This document shows, in pieces, positions 18,931 to 28,839 of a stretch of DNA of 42,578 nt. The DNA is from Vermiphilus sp. (GTDB lineage Bacteria > Ratteibacteria > UBA8468 > B48-G9 > DTJG01). How positions within the stretch are numbered: position 1 is the stretch's first letter; the number at the start of each line of letters is the position of its first letter. Made by a program: the position numbers and the translations under genes. The DNA lies in NCBI GenBank assembly GCA_020722805.1, contig DYKA01000003.1, forward strand, positions 1 through 42,578. The letters are read 5' to 3'. Under the pieces are notes generated by a model. It saw only the letters and a program-made list of their open reading frames with translations. It had not been told where the DNA came from and made no database searches.

Positions 18931-20426
18931 AATCATTGTTTTTCGCATTGTTCTGTACCCTGTTTTTTACAATCGTAGCAAATGGCACTTACATTACCCA
19001 GTACCATACTGTGAAAAAAGGTGAAACATTATTGTCTCTGGCAGCCAAATACAAGACGAGCGTTGAGGAACTGAAAAACTGGAATAATATGAAATCAACC
19101 AGGATTTTTACTGGTCAGCGTCTGATTGTAAACAAATACCAGAAAAAAGATGAAAACACATCCTACTACACTGTGAAGAAGGGTGATACACTCTTTGAAA
19201 TCAGCAGAAAAACAGGTGTTTCAGTTGAAAAACTGAAGGATTACAACAATCTTTCAACCAATACCCTGTATCCAGGTCAAAGGATAAGAACTGTTCCCGG
19301 GAAACAAAAAACTGTTGCAACAAAAAAGGCACAAACCGCGATTGCAACTGCTCCGGCTGATACATACGTGGTAAAACGGGGTGATACACTTTCCGGTATC
19401 AGCAGGAAAACCGGTGTTCCGATTAATGAACTGAAGAAAATCAATAATCTCAAGAACTCAAAACTTGCAATCGGACAGAAACTTGTCCTGAGGGTGAATG
19501 AGACGCCAGTAATAGTAGAAACCCAGCAGGTTATTGCATCAGCGGGTAGCATTGATGAAAAGAAGAACCAGGACCATCAGATAGTGCAGCCCGCAAGAAC
19601 AATCTATATAAACAGATACCACACAATTAAAAAGGGCGATAGCCTTAGCAAGATTGCACGCAAATATGGAGCTACTGTTACAACCATTAAACGACTGAAT
19701 AATTTAAAATCAAACACAATACATCCAGGCAAAACAATTATAGTTGCAAGAATTGTAAAGGAGGTTTCTCCACCAGTTATAAATCCGACGCCGATAGCAC
19801 CCGTGACACCAAAAATCTATTACAGGGTAAAACTGGGAGACACGCTTGAGTCAATCGCCGCGAGATTCGGTATAAGTGTTGCTGCCCTGAAAGAATCAAA
19901 CCTTCTTTTTGATGGGAGAATAAAAATAGGTCAGACACTCGTAATCCCGGAGGTCGCTAACAACGTTGAAGATGCTGGATTTGAAACCTCTATTTCCACT
20001 GAAGAAAAATATGATACCCAAAAATTCCTTGCATTGAAGGTTATAGAACACGCAATTAATTTCATAAACACTCCTTACAGGTACGGCGGACTATCACAGA
20101 AGGGAATTGACTGTTCAGGACTTGTTAAGAAATCATATGAAGCAGTAGGGATATCTATTCCGAGAACATCAAGAGAACAGGCGAAGGAAGGTGAAATCAT
20201 ACCTCTCAGTGCAATAAAACCTGGGGACCTGCTCTTCTTTGGAAACAAGGGACACATCAATCATGTTGGAATTTATATAGGGGATAACAAGTTTGTTCAC
20301 GCAAGCCGTGAGTTTGGAAAGGTTGTTGTCGCAGATCTGAATGACCGATATTATCAAAATCATCTTATCTGTGCAAGGACCTTAATCAACGGAGATGTTC
20401 TGGAATCAACTGACAGGAAAAACTGA
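18927..20426 (+). CDS. Secreted peptidoglycan endopeptidase with 5 LysM domains and NlpC/P60
   Basis: Signal peptide, five Y.VK.GDTL..I LysM repeats, GIDCSGLV and HVGIYIG...HAS. Confidence 0.92.
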   Translation: MKSLFFALFCTLFFTIVANGTYITQYHTVKKGETLLSLAAKYKTSVEELKNWNNMKSTRIFTGQRLIVNKYQKKDENTSYYTVKKGDTLFEISRKTGVSVEKLKDYNNLSTNTLYPGQRIRTVPGKQKTVATKKAQTAIATAPADTYVVKRGDTLSGISRKTGVPINELKKINNLKNSKLAIGQKLVLRVNETPVIVETQQVIASAGSIDEKKNQDHQIVQPARTIYINRYHTIKKGDSLSKIARKYGATVTTIKRLNNLKSNTIHPGKTIIVARIVKEVSPPVINPTPIAPVTPKIYYRVKLGDTLESIAARFGISVAALKESNLLFDGRIKIGQTLVIPEVANNVEDAGFETSISTEEKYDTQKFLALKVIEHAINFINTPYRYGGLSQKGIDCSGLVKKSYEAVGISIPRTSREQAKEGEIIPLSAIKPGDLLFFGNKGHINHVGIYIGDNKFVHASREFGKVVVADLNDRYYQNHLICARTLINGDVLESTDRKN

Positions 20427-21436
20427 TGTTTTCAAATAAGTCAGGATGCAGGTGGGCATGTTATGACTGGAAACTTGGAAGAATTCTGTTTATGGAAAAC
20501 GAAATAATCAGAATTTGCATCCTTGTTGATAAAGGTACGGATATTGTTGAATTTATTTACAAACCGCTTGATGTTGATTTTATGTGGAGAAGTCCGTTTC
20601 CGTTGTATCCTCAAGGTTTCCCTGAAACAATTCATGGAAAACTTGGTAAATTTATTGACTATTATCCCGGCGGATGGCAGGAGTGTTTTCCGAATGCCGG
20701 AAGACCTTGCGAATATAAAGGAGCTGATATAGGACTCCACGGTGAGGTCGCAACTCTTCCGTGGGAATACCAGGTGATAGATTCATCAAAAGATATTCTG
20801 AAGATAAAATTCTGGGTAAGAACCCTCAGAACTCCATTTTATCTTGAAAAAGCACTGGTTCTCAGGACAAACTCTGCAACCGTGGAAATTGAAGAATGTG
20901 TGATAAATGAGGGTGGAGAAGAAATGGATTTCCTGTGGGGACATCATCCTGCATTTGGCGAACCATTCCTTGACGAAAGCTGCAGAATTAATATTAAGAG
21001 TGCAAAGGTAGAAGTTTTCCCTGGCGATGGAATTTCAACAACAAATTTGAAGCAGGGCACCGGTACCTGGCCAGAAGTTGAAGGAATTGATGGTAAATCA
21101 GTTGACTTAAGCAGGGTTCCTTCACCGAATGCAAAGGTGTCTGATGTAATCTTCCTATCAGAACTCAAAGAAGATAAATATGAAATAGTGAATCAAAAAA
21201 TTTCACTTGGTTTCAGGTTTGAATTTCCGCGACATATATTCAAGTATCTGTGGTACTGGAGGGTTGCACGCGGAAGTTTTGGATACCCGTGGTACGGAAG
21301 AACTTATAATATAGCACTTGAACCGTTTTCTGGAAGAGCAATACTTTCAGAGGCAGTCAGAAACGGGTATCAGATTACACTCGGTCCTGGAGAAAAACTG
21401 CAGGCAAACCTTTCAGCAACTGCCTTCCGAATTTAA
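20426..21436 (+). CDS. Aldose 1-epimerase/galactose mutarotase-like protein (DUF4432-like)
   Basis: GGWQECFPN, HGE...LPW, WGHHPAFG and IALEP motifs. Confidence 0.75.
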   Translation: MFSNKSGCRWACYDWKLGRILFMENEIIRICILVDKGTDIVEFIYKPLDVDFMWRSPFPLYPQGFPETIHGKLGKFIDYYPGGWQECFPNAGRPCEYKGADIGLHGEVATLPWEYQVIDSSKDILKIKFWVRTLRTPFYLEKALVLRTNSATVEIEECVINEGGEEMDFLWGHHPAFGEPFLDESCRINIKSAKVEVFPGDGISTTNLKQGTGTWPEVEGIDGKSVDLSRVPSPNAKVSDVIFLSELKEDKYEIVNQKISLGFRFEFPRHIFKYLWYWRVARGSFGYPWYGRTYNIALEPFSGRAILSEAVRNGYQITLGPGEKLQANLSATAFRI

Positions 21437-21437
21437 G

Positions 21438-22859
21438 ATGAAAGAGTTTCAGACCATTATTGGACTTGAGGTCCATGTTGAGCTTTTGACGAATTCCAAA
21501 ATGTTTTGTTGGTGTTCCACGGAATTTGGCAGGCAACCGAACACTCAGGTGTGTCCTGTTTGCCTTGGACTTCCCGGCGCACTTCCTGTTGTAAATGAAA
21601 AAGCAATAGAACTCGGATTGCGCACATCAATTGCACTGAACTGCAGGATAAACAAAGAATGTATTTTTGTGAGAAAATCATATTTTTATCCAGACCTGCC
21701 GAAAAACTTTCAGATATCACAGTATGGAGACCCAATCGGAGTTGATGGTTATCTCTGCATTGGTACAAAAAACATTGGCATACTTCGTGTCCACATGGAA
21801 GAAGATACAGGTAAACTGATACACGACGAAAGAACTGGCACATGGTCGGGTATTGACTTTAACAGGTCAGGTATTCCCCTTATGGAGATTGTAACAAAAC
21901 CCGAAATCACAGGACCTGATGAAGCTGAACAGTTTCTTCAGGAACTCAAACGACTCATCTCATATATTGAAGTGAGTGATTGCAATATGGAAGAGGGATC
22001 CTTAAGATGCGATGCAAATATCTCCGTCAAACTAAAGTCAGACACAAAACTTGGGACAAAGGTGGAGGTAAAAAACATGAATTCCTTCCGTTCAGTGAGA
22101 CGTGCGCTTACCTATGAACAGCAGCGGCTAACCAGTTTACTGGAAAAAAAGAAAGAAATTTTTCAAGAGACACGGCTCTGGAATGAAACACTCCAGATTA
22201 CTGAACCAATGAGAACAAAAGAAGAGGCGCATGATTACAGATATTTCCCGGAACCGGACCTTCTGCCGTTCAGAATAGATATAGATACGATCAACAGGGT
22301 AAAATCAGAAATTGGGGAATTGCCGCAATTAAAGGAAAAACGATTTCAAAGTGAATACGGCCTATCCCCTTATGACTCTGCTGTACTGAGCTCTGAAAAA
22401 ACAATTGCGGATTACTTTGAGCAAGCCATTTCCTTTTATGCAAAACCAAAACAGGTTGCAAACTGGATACAGACAGAAATTCTTGGACTTTTGAAGGAAG
22501 CAAAATGCAGAATAGACAAATGTAAGGTCAGCCCACAATCACTGGCAAAAATTGTTGAAATGGTGGATAATAATATAGTGAGTGCAACCACGGGAAAAAA
22601 GATTCTTCGCGAGGTATTTGCCACAGGCACAGACCCGGAGGCTCTTGTTAGAGAGAAAAATCTCATCCAGATAAGCAATACAGAGCAAATAGAAACGATG
22701 ATAGATGAGGTTTTGGATGAAAACCCGCAGGCGGTCGGCGATTATAAATCAGGCAAGACCCAGGCGCTTGGATTTCTTGTGGGGCAGGTAATGAAAAAAT
22801 CAGGCAGCAAAGCAAATCCTGCTGTCGTAAGACAAATATTGCAAAAGAAATTAGATTAA
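21438..22859 (+). CDS. gatB: Asp/Glu-tRNA amidotransferase subunit B
   Basis: IGLEVHVEL, YFYPDLPK, HMEEDTGK, GSLRCDANIS and DYRYFPEPDL; start MKEFQT at 21438. Confidence 0.97.
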   Translation: MKEFQTIIGLEVHVELLTNSKMFCWCSTEFGRQPNTQVCPVCLGLPGALPVVNEKAIELGLRTSIALNCRINKECIFVRKSYFYPDLPKNFQISQYGDPIGVDGYLCIGTKNIGILRVHMEEDTGKLIHDERTGTWSGIDFNRSGIPLMEIVTKPEITGPDEAEQFLQELKRLISYIEVSDCNMEEGSLRCDANISVKLKSDTKLGTKVEVKNMNSFRSVRRALTYEQQRLTSLLEKKKEIFQETRLWNETLQITEPMRTKEEAHDYRYFPEPDLLPFRIDIDTINRVKSEIGELPQLKEKRFQSEYGLSPYDSAVLSSEKTIADYFEQAISFYAKPKQVANWIQTEILGLLKEAKCRIDKCKVSPQSLAKIVEMVDNNIVSATTGKKILREVFATGTDPEALVREKNLIQISNTEQIETMIDEVLDENPQAVGDYKSGKTQALGFLVGQVMKKSGSKANPAVVRQILQKKLD

Positions 22860-22881
22860 CAGGGCATAAGGAGCCAGAAAA

Positions 22882-24075
22882 ATGAAAAAGAAAATTGTGA
22901 TATGGGTTGCTGGTTTTTTTCTATTGAGTTTCCTTCTCGGGTTTAACCTTGAAGTATCTCAAGCAAGAAAAAATGAGGAAGAGTTTTATCGCGAACTTGA
23001 ACGTTTTGTAAATGTCGTAAACATAGTAAAAAAAGAATATGTGACACCTGTTAATGATAAAAAACTCATATATGGCGCACTGAAAGGCATGCTATCTTCT
23101 CTTGACCCTTACAGCGCCTTCCTTGAACCAGAAGCATCAAAGGAACTACAGATTGAAACATCTGGAGAATTTGAAGGTGTCGGAATGGAAATAACATTGA
23201 AGGACGGAATAATAACTGTTGTAAGCCCTATACAGGATACCCCTGCATGGAATGCAGGAGTTAAGCCAGGAGACAGAATAATAGAAATAGATGGAAAATC
23301 AACAAAAGGAATGAATACATGGGAAGCAGCGCAAAAACTCAGAGGCAAGAAAGGAACATCTGTAACCATCAGTGTTCTGCGGGAACACACCACAAAGATT
23401 ATCAAGATAACCCTTGTCAGAGATGTCATAAAGGTGAAATCAATTAAAAGCTCAATTCTGCCTGGAAACATCGGATACGTGAGAATAACTAATTTTCAGG
23501 AAAGAACAAGCACGGATCTTGAGGCAGTTATAAAAGAATTAATCAATCAACAGGTACAGGCATTAATTCTTGATCTCAGGAATAATCCAGGGGGACTTTT
23601 GAGCTCAGCCATAGAGGTGAGTCAAATGTTCCTGCCTGAGAAAAAGATTATCGTTTCAATTCAGGGCAGAAAACCAGAAGAAAAAAGAACTTATTATTCT
23701 CAGAAACCTCCATTATGGAACAAACCAGTTGTTCTGCTTGTCAACAACGGAAGTGCAAGCGCATCAGAAATCGTTACAGGTGCACTCAGAGACAATATCA
23801 GCACCTGCAAGGTTATCGGAACGAAGACCTTCGGTAAGGGCTCTGTCCAGAATCTGATAAAACTTGATGAAGATGGAACATCCATGAAACTGACGATTGC
23901 CTATTATTATACACCTTCCGGCACTAAGATTGATGGTAAAGGCATTGAGCCCGATATTAAAATTGAGGCACCAGAAGATATTGAAATGGGTTCTCTTGAA
24001 AAAGATGTTCAGTTAAAAAAGGCAGTAGAAGAATTATCAAGTCAGATGCAGGCAACAGTTGTAAATACTCAGTAA
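22882..24075 (+). CDS. ctpA: Carboxyl-terminal processing protease, S41 family
   Basis: LDPYS, PDZ domain (GVGMEI), DLRNNPGG, SASASEI and TFGKGSVQ. The last 4 codons and the stop come from an inserted MITE. Confidence 0.92.
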   Translation: MKKKIVIWVAGFFLLSFLLGFNLEVSQARKNEEEFYRELERFVNVVNIVKKEYVTPVNDKKLIYGALKGMLSSLDPYSAFLEPEASKELQIETSGEFEGVGMEITLKDGIITVVSPIQDTPAWNAGVKPGDRIIEIDGKSTKGMNTWEAAQKLRGKKGTSVTISVLREHTTKIIKITLVRDVIKVKSIKSSILPGNIGYVRITNFQERTSTDLEAVIKELINQQVQALILDLRNNPGGLLSSAIEVSQMFLPEKKIIVSIQGRKPEEKRTYYSQKPPLWNKPVVLLVNNGSASASEIVTGALRDNISTCKVIGTKTFGKGSVQNLIKLDEDGTSMKLTIAYYYTPSGTKIDGKGIEPDIKIEAPEDIEMGSLEKDVQLKKAVEELSSQMQATVVNTQ

Positions 24076-24157
24076 AGTACATTTTATTGCAAAGTGAAAA
24101 GTGAAAAATAATTTTAATCTTGCAGTTTACAATTTGCATTTTGCATTGAATATTTAC
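24061..24157. mobile_element. 97-bp MITE-like element with GTAA...TTAC ends and an 8-bp target duplication (IS66-family-like signature)
   Basis: TIRs GTAAATACTCAGT / ATTGAATATTTAC (11/13). CAACAGTT is duplicated at 24053-24060 and 24158-24165. The interior holds inverted heptamer repeats. Confidence 0.85.
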
Positions 24158-24167
24158 CAACAGTTAA

Positions 24168-25040
24168 ATGAAAAACTTTAACAGAAGATACGGCTCAGGT
24201 GTACTGATTCTTTTTCTGGTTTTTCTGGTACTTTTGACCTTTCTTTTTCTCGTTGAACAAATCAAGAAAAAACCATATCCAGAGAAAAAACCCACACCTC
24301 TTGAACGCAAATTTATCACTCCAGGTAAGAAAAAGATTTTGCCTGAAGTTATTCCAGAAAAAGCCGGGGCAGGGGAGATTGCAATCATACTGGATGATGT
24401 TGGATGGAATCCAGATATTGTCTCTCAGATCAAGAGAATACCTGTTCCATTAACTCTTGCAATACTACCAGACAGTCCATTTGGATTAAAAATAGCAAAG
24501 CAACTGTCAGGCAGACCGGGTGTTGAGCTTATTCTCCATATTCCCCTTGAACCAGAAAGGACAAACAGTGAGACACTGCTGTTAGATGGCTTTTTAACGG
24601 TGAAAATGGATGATGAACAGATCAGAGACAAATTCAATGATTATCTCGCAAGGTTCGGTTCTTACATCGTTGGTGTCAATAATCACATGGGTTCCAAATT
24701 TACAAAAGATCAGGAAAAAATGGCAGTGTTACTTGAAGAAATCAAAAAGAAAAAACTTGTGTACATAGACAGTTTAACAACACAAAAATCTGTTGGATAT
24801 ACTGAAGCGAAAAAAATGGGAATAAAAACAGCCAGAAGGGATGTTTTTCTTGATAACTCACCTGACCGCGAAAAAATCATTCAGGGTCTGATTATGACCG
24901 GCGAAATTGCAAGAAATAAAGGCACGGCGGTTGCCATTGGACACGCAAGGACGAATACGTTAAAAATTCTTGAGGAAAAATTACCGGAAATGCTGAAAGA
25001 AGGGTACAGGTTTGTACCTGTAACAAAACTAACCAGGTAA
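24168..25040 (+). CDS. Divergent polysaccharide deacetylase family protein (YibQ-like)
   Basis: IAIILDDVG, LHIPLEP, GVNNHMGS, DSLT, RDVFLDN and AIGH; follows ctpA as is usual. Confidence 0.9.
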   Translation: MKNFNRRYGSGVLILFLVFLVLLTFLFLVEQIKKKPYPEKKPTPLERKFITPGKKKILPEVIPEKAGAGEIAIILDDVGWNPDIVSQIKRIPVPLTLAILPDSPFGLKIAKQLSGRPGVELILHIPLEPERTNSETLLLDGFLTVKMDDEQIRDKFNDYLARFGSYIVGVNNHMGSKFTKDQEKMAVLLEEIKKKKLVYIDSLTTQKSVGYTEAKKMGIKTARRDVFLDNSPDREKIIQGLIMTGEIARNKGTAVAIGHARTNTLKILEEKLPEMLKEGYRFVPVTKLTR

Positions 25041-25041
25041 A

Positions 25042-26019
25042 ATGATTATAGCCGGTATAGAGAGCTCCTGTGATGAAACATCTGCAGGTATTGTCAGAGA
25101 CAGAAAAATCCTCGCCAATCTGATAGCAAGCCAGGAAAAAATCCATGCTTCATTCGGAGGCGTGGTTCCTGAACTTGCCAGCCGCGCCCATCTTGAAAAG
25201 ATATCTGGCCTTTTCAATCTGTCCCTGAAAAAGGCAGGAATCAGTTCATCGCAGATAGATGCATTCGGCGTTGTAAATAGACCCGGACTCAAAGGTTCAC
25301 TAATGATAGGGGTGAGTTTTGCCGAGGGTATCGGTTATGCACTGAAAAAGCCCGTGTATAATGTAAATCATCTTCACGCCCATCTTGCAGCATGCTATAC
25401 AGACCCTGAAATCCAGTTTCCTGCGCTCGGGCTTGTCATATCAGGCGGTCATACGAGTTTGTTTCTGATTAAGAATCACACCGAGCTTGTATCCCTCGGA
25501 AAAACAAGAGATGATGCATGCGGGGAGGTATTTGACAAGGTTGGCAGAATGATGAATCTTCCTTTCCCTGGCGGAGCACATGTAGAAAAAATTGCACAAA
25601 AAGGCAATGAAAAAAAAATCAGATTCCCGCGCGCATATATCAGAAATTCTCTTGATTTCAGTTTCAGCGGAATCAAGACAGCCGTTTATTACTACATTTC
25701 CAAACACGGACTCAAAAACCTGCCGGATATAGCAGCCGGATTTCAAAAGGCGATTGTTGATTCAATAATAAAAAAGATAGATGATGCCCTTGAAATATAC
25801 GATGTCAGAACCATGCTGTTCGGAGGAGGCGTGATAAGGAATGATTACCTGAGAAATAGAATCACCCAGCATCTTTCAAAAAAAAAGATCCACGCCGCAA
25901 TTCCAGATCCGCAGATGTGCATTGACAATGGTGCAATGGTTGCCATTTTAACAGATTATATGATTTCAGCAGGTATTGAACCGCAGCCCTATGTCATCAA
26001 TGTTTGTCCAACAAAATAG
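25042..26019 (+). CDS. tsaD: tRNA N6-adenosine threonylcarbamoyltransferase
   Basis: GIESSCDETS, GGVVPELASRAH, HLHAH, SGGHT, FSFSGIKT and DNGAM. Confidence 0.96.
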   Translation: MIIAGIESSCDETSAGIVRDRKILANLIASQEKIHASFGGVVPELASRAHLEKISGLFNLSLKKAGISSSQIDAFGVVNRPGLKGSLMIGVSFAEGIGYALKKPVYNVNHLHAHLAACYTDPEIQFPALGLVISGGHTSLFLIKNHTELVSLGKTRDDACGEVFDKVGRMMNLPFPGGAHVEKIAQKGNEKKIRFPRAYIRNSLDFSFSGIKTAVYYYISKHGLKNLPDIAAGFQKAIVDSIIKKIDDALEIYDVRTMLFGGGVIRNDYLRNRITQHLSKKKIHAAIPDPQMCIDNGAMVAILTDYMISAGIEPQPYVINVCPTK

Positions 26020-26024
26020 GCACA

Positions 26025-27005
26025 TCAGTCCTGTTTTTCTGTTTCAGATTCAACGTTGCTGCTCAGATAGAAATTTTTGGCACTAAGATGTTCTGAATAG
26101 GTTTTTGAGAAATAATGCGTACCATCTCCCTTTGATACAAAAAAGAGATACGGTGTCTTTGCAGGATAAACTGCTGCCTTCAAAGATTCCTTTCCTGGAT
26201 TGCAAATAGCACCAGGAGGAAGTCCCCTGTGAATATAAGTATTGTAAGGTGTTTTTGTTTTGAGGTCGCTCATTGTAAGATTCTTCTTGTTTCCTATGAC
26301 ATATTTTATCGTAGAACAGCTCTGCAACGGCATTCCGCGATTCAACCGATTGTAAAAAATTCCTGCTATGGTTGGCCTTTCAGAATTTATCTCTGCCTCC
26401 TTCTCAACGATTGAAGCAACAATTACAATCTTATTAAGCTGGTGTTTTTTCAGTTTTGATGCGTCGGGGTTAATCTGCTGGAAAACCTGCCAGAATCTTT
26501 CTATCATTTTTTTTGCCACTGCTTCTTTTGAAACCTTCAGCGGAAAATTGTAAGTATCAGGGAATAGATAACCTTCAAGTCCTTCATTTTTCGCAAACTC
26601 ATCAAACTCATCGCTGCTGCAAATTCCTTCCTGTTCAAGAATTATTCCTATTTCATGACAAGTTATTCCTTCAGGAAAAACAAGTTTTAAGTACGCAATA
26701 TCTCCCTTTTTCAGTTTTTCAATAACATCATAAAGATAAGGCCTTCCCCTGAACTCATAAATACCTGCGCGAAGTTTTCCATCAACATGCTCTTTCCTTA
26801 AAACCCGAAGAAACCAACGGGTATTTTTGATAATACCCTTTTCCCGCAGTATAATGGCGATCTCTTTCCCTGTGATATTCTTTGGTATCTCAACGAGGGT
26901 ACCTGCTGGCTGTATATCCCCGTAGAGACTTGCACGAAACGACGCAAATCTGATTACTCCAAAAAAAATCGCCACCGTTAATATAACTATGATTGTTCTT
27001 TTCAT
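26025..27005 (-). CDS. mltG: Endolytic transglycosylase MltG (YceG)
   Basis: PEG, EGYLFPDTY, ASIVEKEA, PYNTYIHRGLPPGAICNPG and HYFSKTYSEH. Confidence 0.94.
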   Translation of the reverse strand: MKRTIIVILTVAIFFGVIRFASFRASLYGDIQPAGTLVEIPKNITGKEIAIILREKGIIKNTRWFLRVLRKEHVDGKLRAGIYEFRGRPYLYDVIEKLKKGDIAYLKLVFPEGITCHEIGIILEQEGICSSDEFDEFAKNEGLEGYLFPDTYNFPLKVSKEAVAKKMIERFWQVFQQINPDASKLKKHQLNKIVIVASIVEKEAEINSERPTIAGIFYNRLNRGMPLQSCSTIKYVIGNKKNLTMSDLKTKTPYNTYIHRGLPPGAICNPGKESLKAAVYPAKTPYLFFVSKGDGTHYFSKTYSEHLSAKNFYLSSNVESETEKQD

Positions 27006-27009
27006 GGTA

Positions 27010-28263
27010 TCAAGCCACGTTTTGGATTATCACGCGGCGCATAAAATCAATTCCAGCAAGGGCTGCACGAATCTTTATTGTTGACCTGGAACCCGAAAAA
27101 TAAAAACTTTTCGTTTCAATATGCCTGTTTGAAAGAGCAACCGCCATGCAGACAAGACCAACCGGCTTTTCAATACTGCCACCTGTTGGACCTGCAATAC
27201 CTGTAATTGCAAGAGAAACATCTGCCTTTCCATATTTTCTAGCACCCTTCGCCATTGCAACCGCGGTTTGCTCGCTCACCGCACCATATTTTCTCAATAT
27301 GCTTCTTGGTACTTTCAGGATTTTTCTCTTCACCCTGTTTGAGTATGCAACAATTGAACCATTGAATCTTTGAGAAATTCCAGGTATCTCTGTCATTAAA
27401 TGTCCTGCAAGCCCGCCTGTACACGATTCAGCAAAACAACATACCATCTTCTTTTCTTCAAGAATACCGGCAAGTTTTTCTGGAATAGAATAATTCCCGA
27501 TAAAGGAGTCTTGAAAAATTTCTTTGAGAGCACCTTCAACACGATCAAAAACTTTCTTTTTAGAAGATGGTATTTTCAACCACAGTTCTATAAGGTATGG
27601 CTTTGCAAGAATCGTCCATTCACCACCCAAGTTTTTTACCTCATCCCTTATTTTGTCTGTTTTTTCTTCAACCACTGCTTCTGGTTCGCCGGCAATGTTA
27701 AAACCTTTTCGCACAAACAGACCTCCTGCATGATAAATACTTTTTCTCAACATAGGCATAACGCTGTTCCTCAGCATTTCTTCAAATTCCCACGGTGGAC
27801 CAGGAAGAAGAAATATCAATCTGTTGTTATGCTGTATCATCATACCCGGTGCAGTGCCAATAGTATTAGAAATCACAGATGTACCATCTATAACCATTGC
27901 CTGTTTCTTATTTTTTTCTGGAATATTCACTATCTTCCTTTCTTTGAACCTCTGCTGAATTTCTTTCCAGACATCATCCGAAAAAACAAGTTTTCTCCCT
28001 GTATATCTGGAAATTGCTTCTCTTGTAATATCATCAAATGTGGGCCCGAGCCCACCGGAAATTATGAGTATATCACTATTTTTCATACAGAAATCCACTG
28101 CACTAATTATTTTATCCATATCATCAGGCACAATAATGTTGAAATTGATTTCAAACCCATCCAGTTCACATATTCTGCTTGCAATGTGAACATTTGTGTT
28201 GGCTACACTATAGAAAAGTTCATTTCCAACACAGATAAAACCTATGTAGTTATTCTTATCCAT
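27010..28263 (-). CDS. cinA: CinA-like protein (MoCF-like domain plus NMN deamidase PncC domain)
   Basis: GNEL, GGLGPTFDDITR, GTAPG, AESCTGG, GAVS and TGIAGPTGG. Confidence 0.92.
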   Translation of the reverse strand: MDKNNYIGFICVGNELFYSVANTNVHIASRICELDGFEINFNIIVPDDMDKIISAVDFCMKNSDILIISGGLGPTFDDITREAISRYTGRKLVFSDDVWKEIQQRFKERKIVNIPEKNKKQAMVIDGTSVISNTIGTAPGMMIQHNNRLIFLLPGPPWEFEEMLRNSVMPMLRKSIYHAGGLFVRKGFNIAGEPEAVVEEKTDKIRDEVKNLGGEWTILAKPYLIELWLKIPSSKKKVFDRVEGALKEIFQDSFIGNYSIPEKLAGILEEKKMVCCFAESCTGGLAGHLMTEIPGISQRFNGSIVAYSNRVKRKILKVPRSILRKYGAVSEQTAVAMAKGARKYGKADVSLAITGIAGPTGGSIEKPVGLVCMAVALSNRHIETKSFYFSGSRSTIKIRAALAGIDFMRRVIIQNVA

Positions 28264-28287
28264 TACAGTATCATTGATGACCAGATT

Positions 28288-28839
28288 TTATTCAGACAAG
28301 GTTATCCTATTAACTAATGAATTGTCATTTAGGTTGTAGAGTTCTACGCATCTGTCAGAAAGCAGTCCAATTCCTGGAAAATTCTTAGGAAGAGCACAGC
28401 TGCCCGGATTAAGAAATATGGTTTTTCCAATTTTTTCAAGGCTTGCCGTATGGGTATGTCCTGTTATACACAGGTCAATAGCCCAGAGTTTTGAAAGAGT
28501 AATCAACTGCTCTTTATTAAATTTGTGGCCGTGTGTTATAAAAATTCTCAGTCCTTCATAGATACTAAAAGCAAACGGCTCACATAATGGAAAATTACTC
28601 ACAATCTGGTCAACATCAGAATCACAATTACCCTTTGCGCAGATTAAAGGTATTACAAGTGAATTGAATTGATTGGCAAGTGTACCCGGAGAATAACATT
28701 CAGGCAAAGGATTCCTCGGACCAAAGTAGTACAGGTCTCCAGCATGAATAATACAGGTGGTATCAGAGCCAACATATACCTTCACTTTTTCCCATGCAGA
28801 AAGTGAACCATGAGTATCACTTATGATAACTATCTTCAT
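28288..28839 (-). CDS. YfcE-family metallophosphodiesterase
   Basis: SDTHG, HAGD...GPRN, GNCD, THGH, GHTH and NPGS. Confidence 0.92.
   Translation of the reverse strand: MKIVIISDTHGSLSAWEKVKVYVGSDTTCIIHAGDLYYFGPRNPLPECYSPGTLANQFNSLVIPLICAKGNCDSDVDQIVSNFPLCEPFAFSIYEGLRIFITHGHKFNKEQLITLSKLWAIDLCITGHTHTASLEKIGKTIFLNPGSCALPKNFPGIGLLSDRCVELYNLNDNSLVNRITLSE

Noticed and set aside
21318-21437. N-terminal extension of gatB from TTG 21318
   Set aside because: It overlaps the upstream gene; GatB homology begins at ATG 21438.
27400-28317. 305-aa plus-strand ORF
   Set aside because: It lies almost entirely antisense to cinA, with atypical Phe/Cys/His-rich composition and no motifs.
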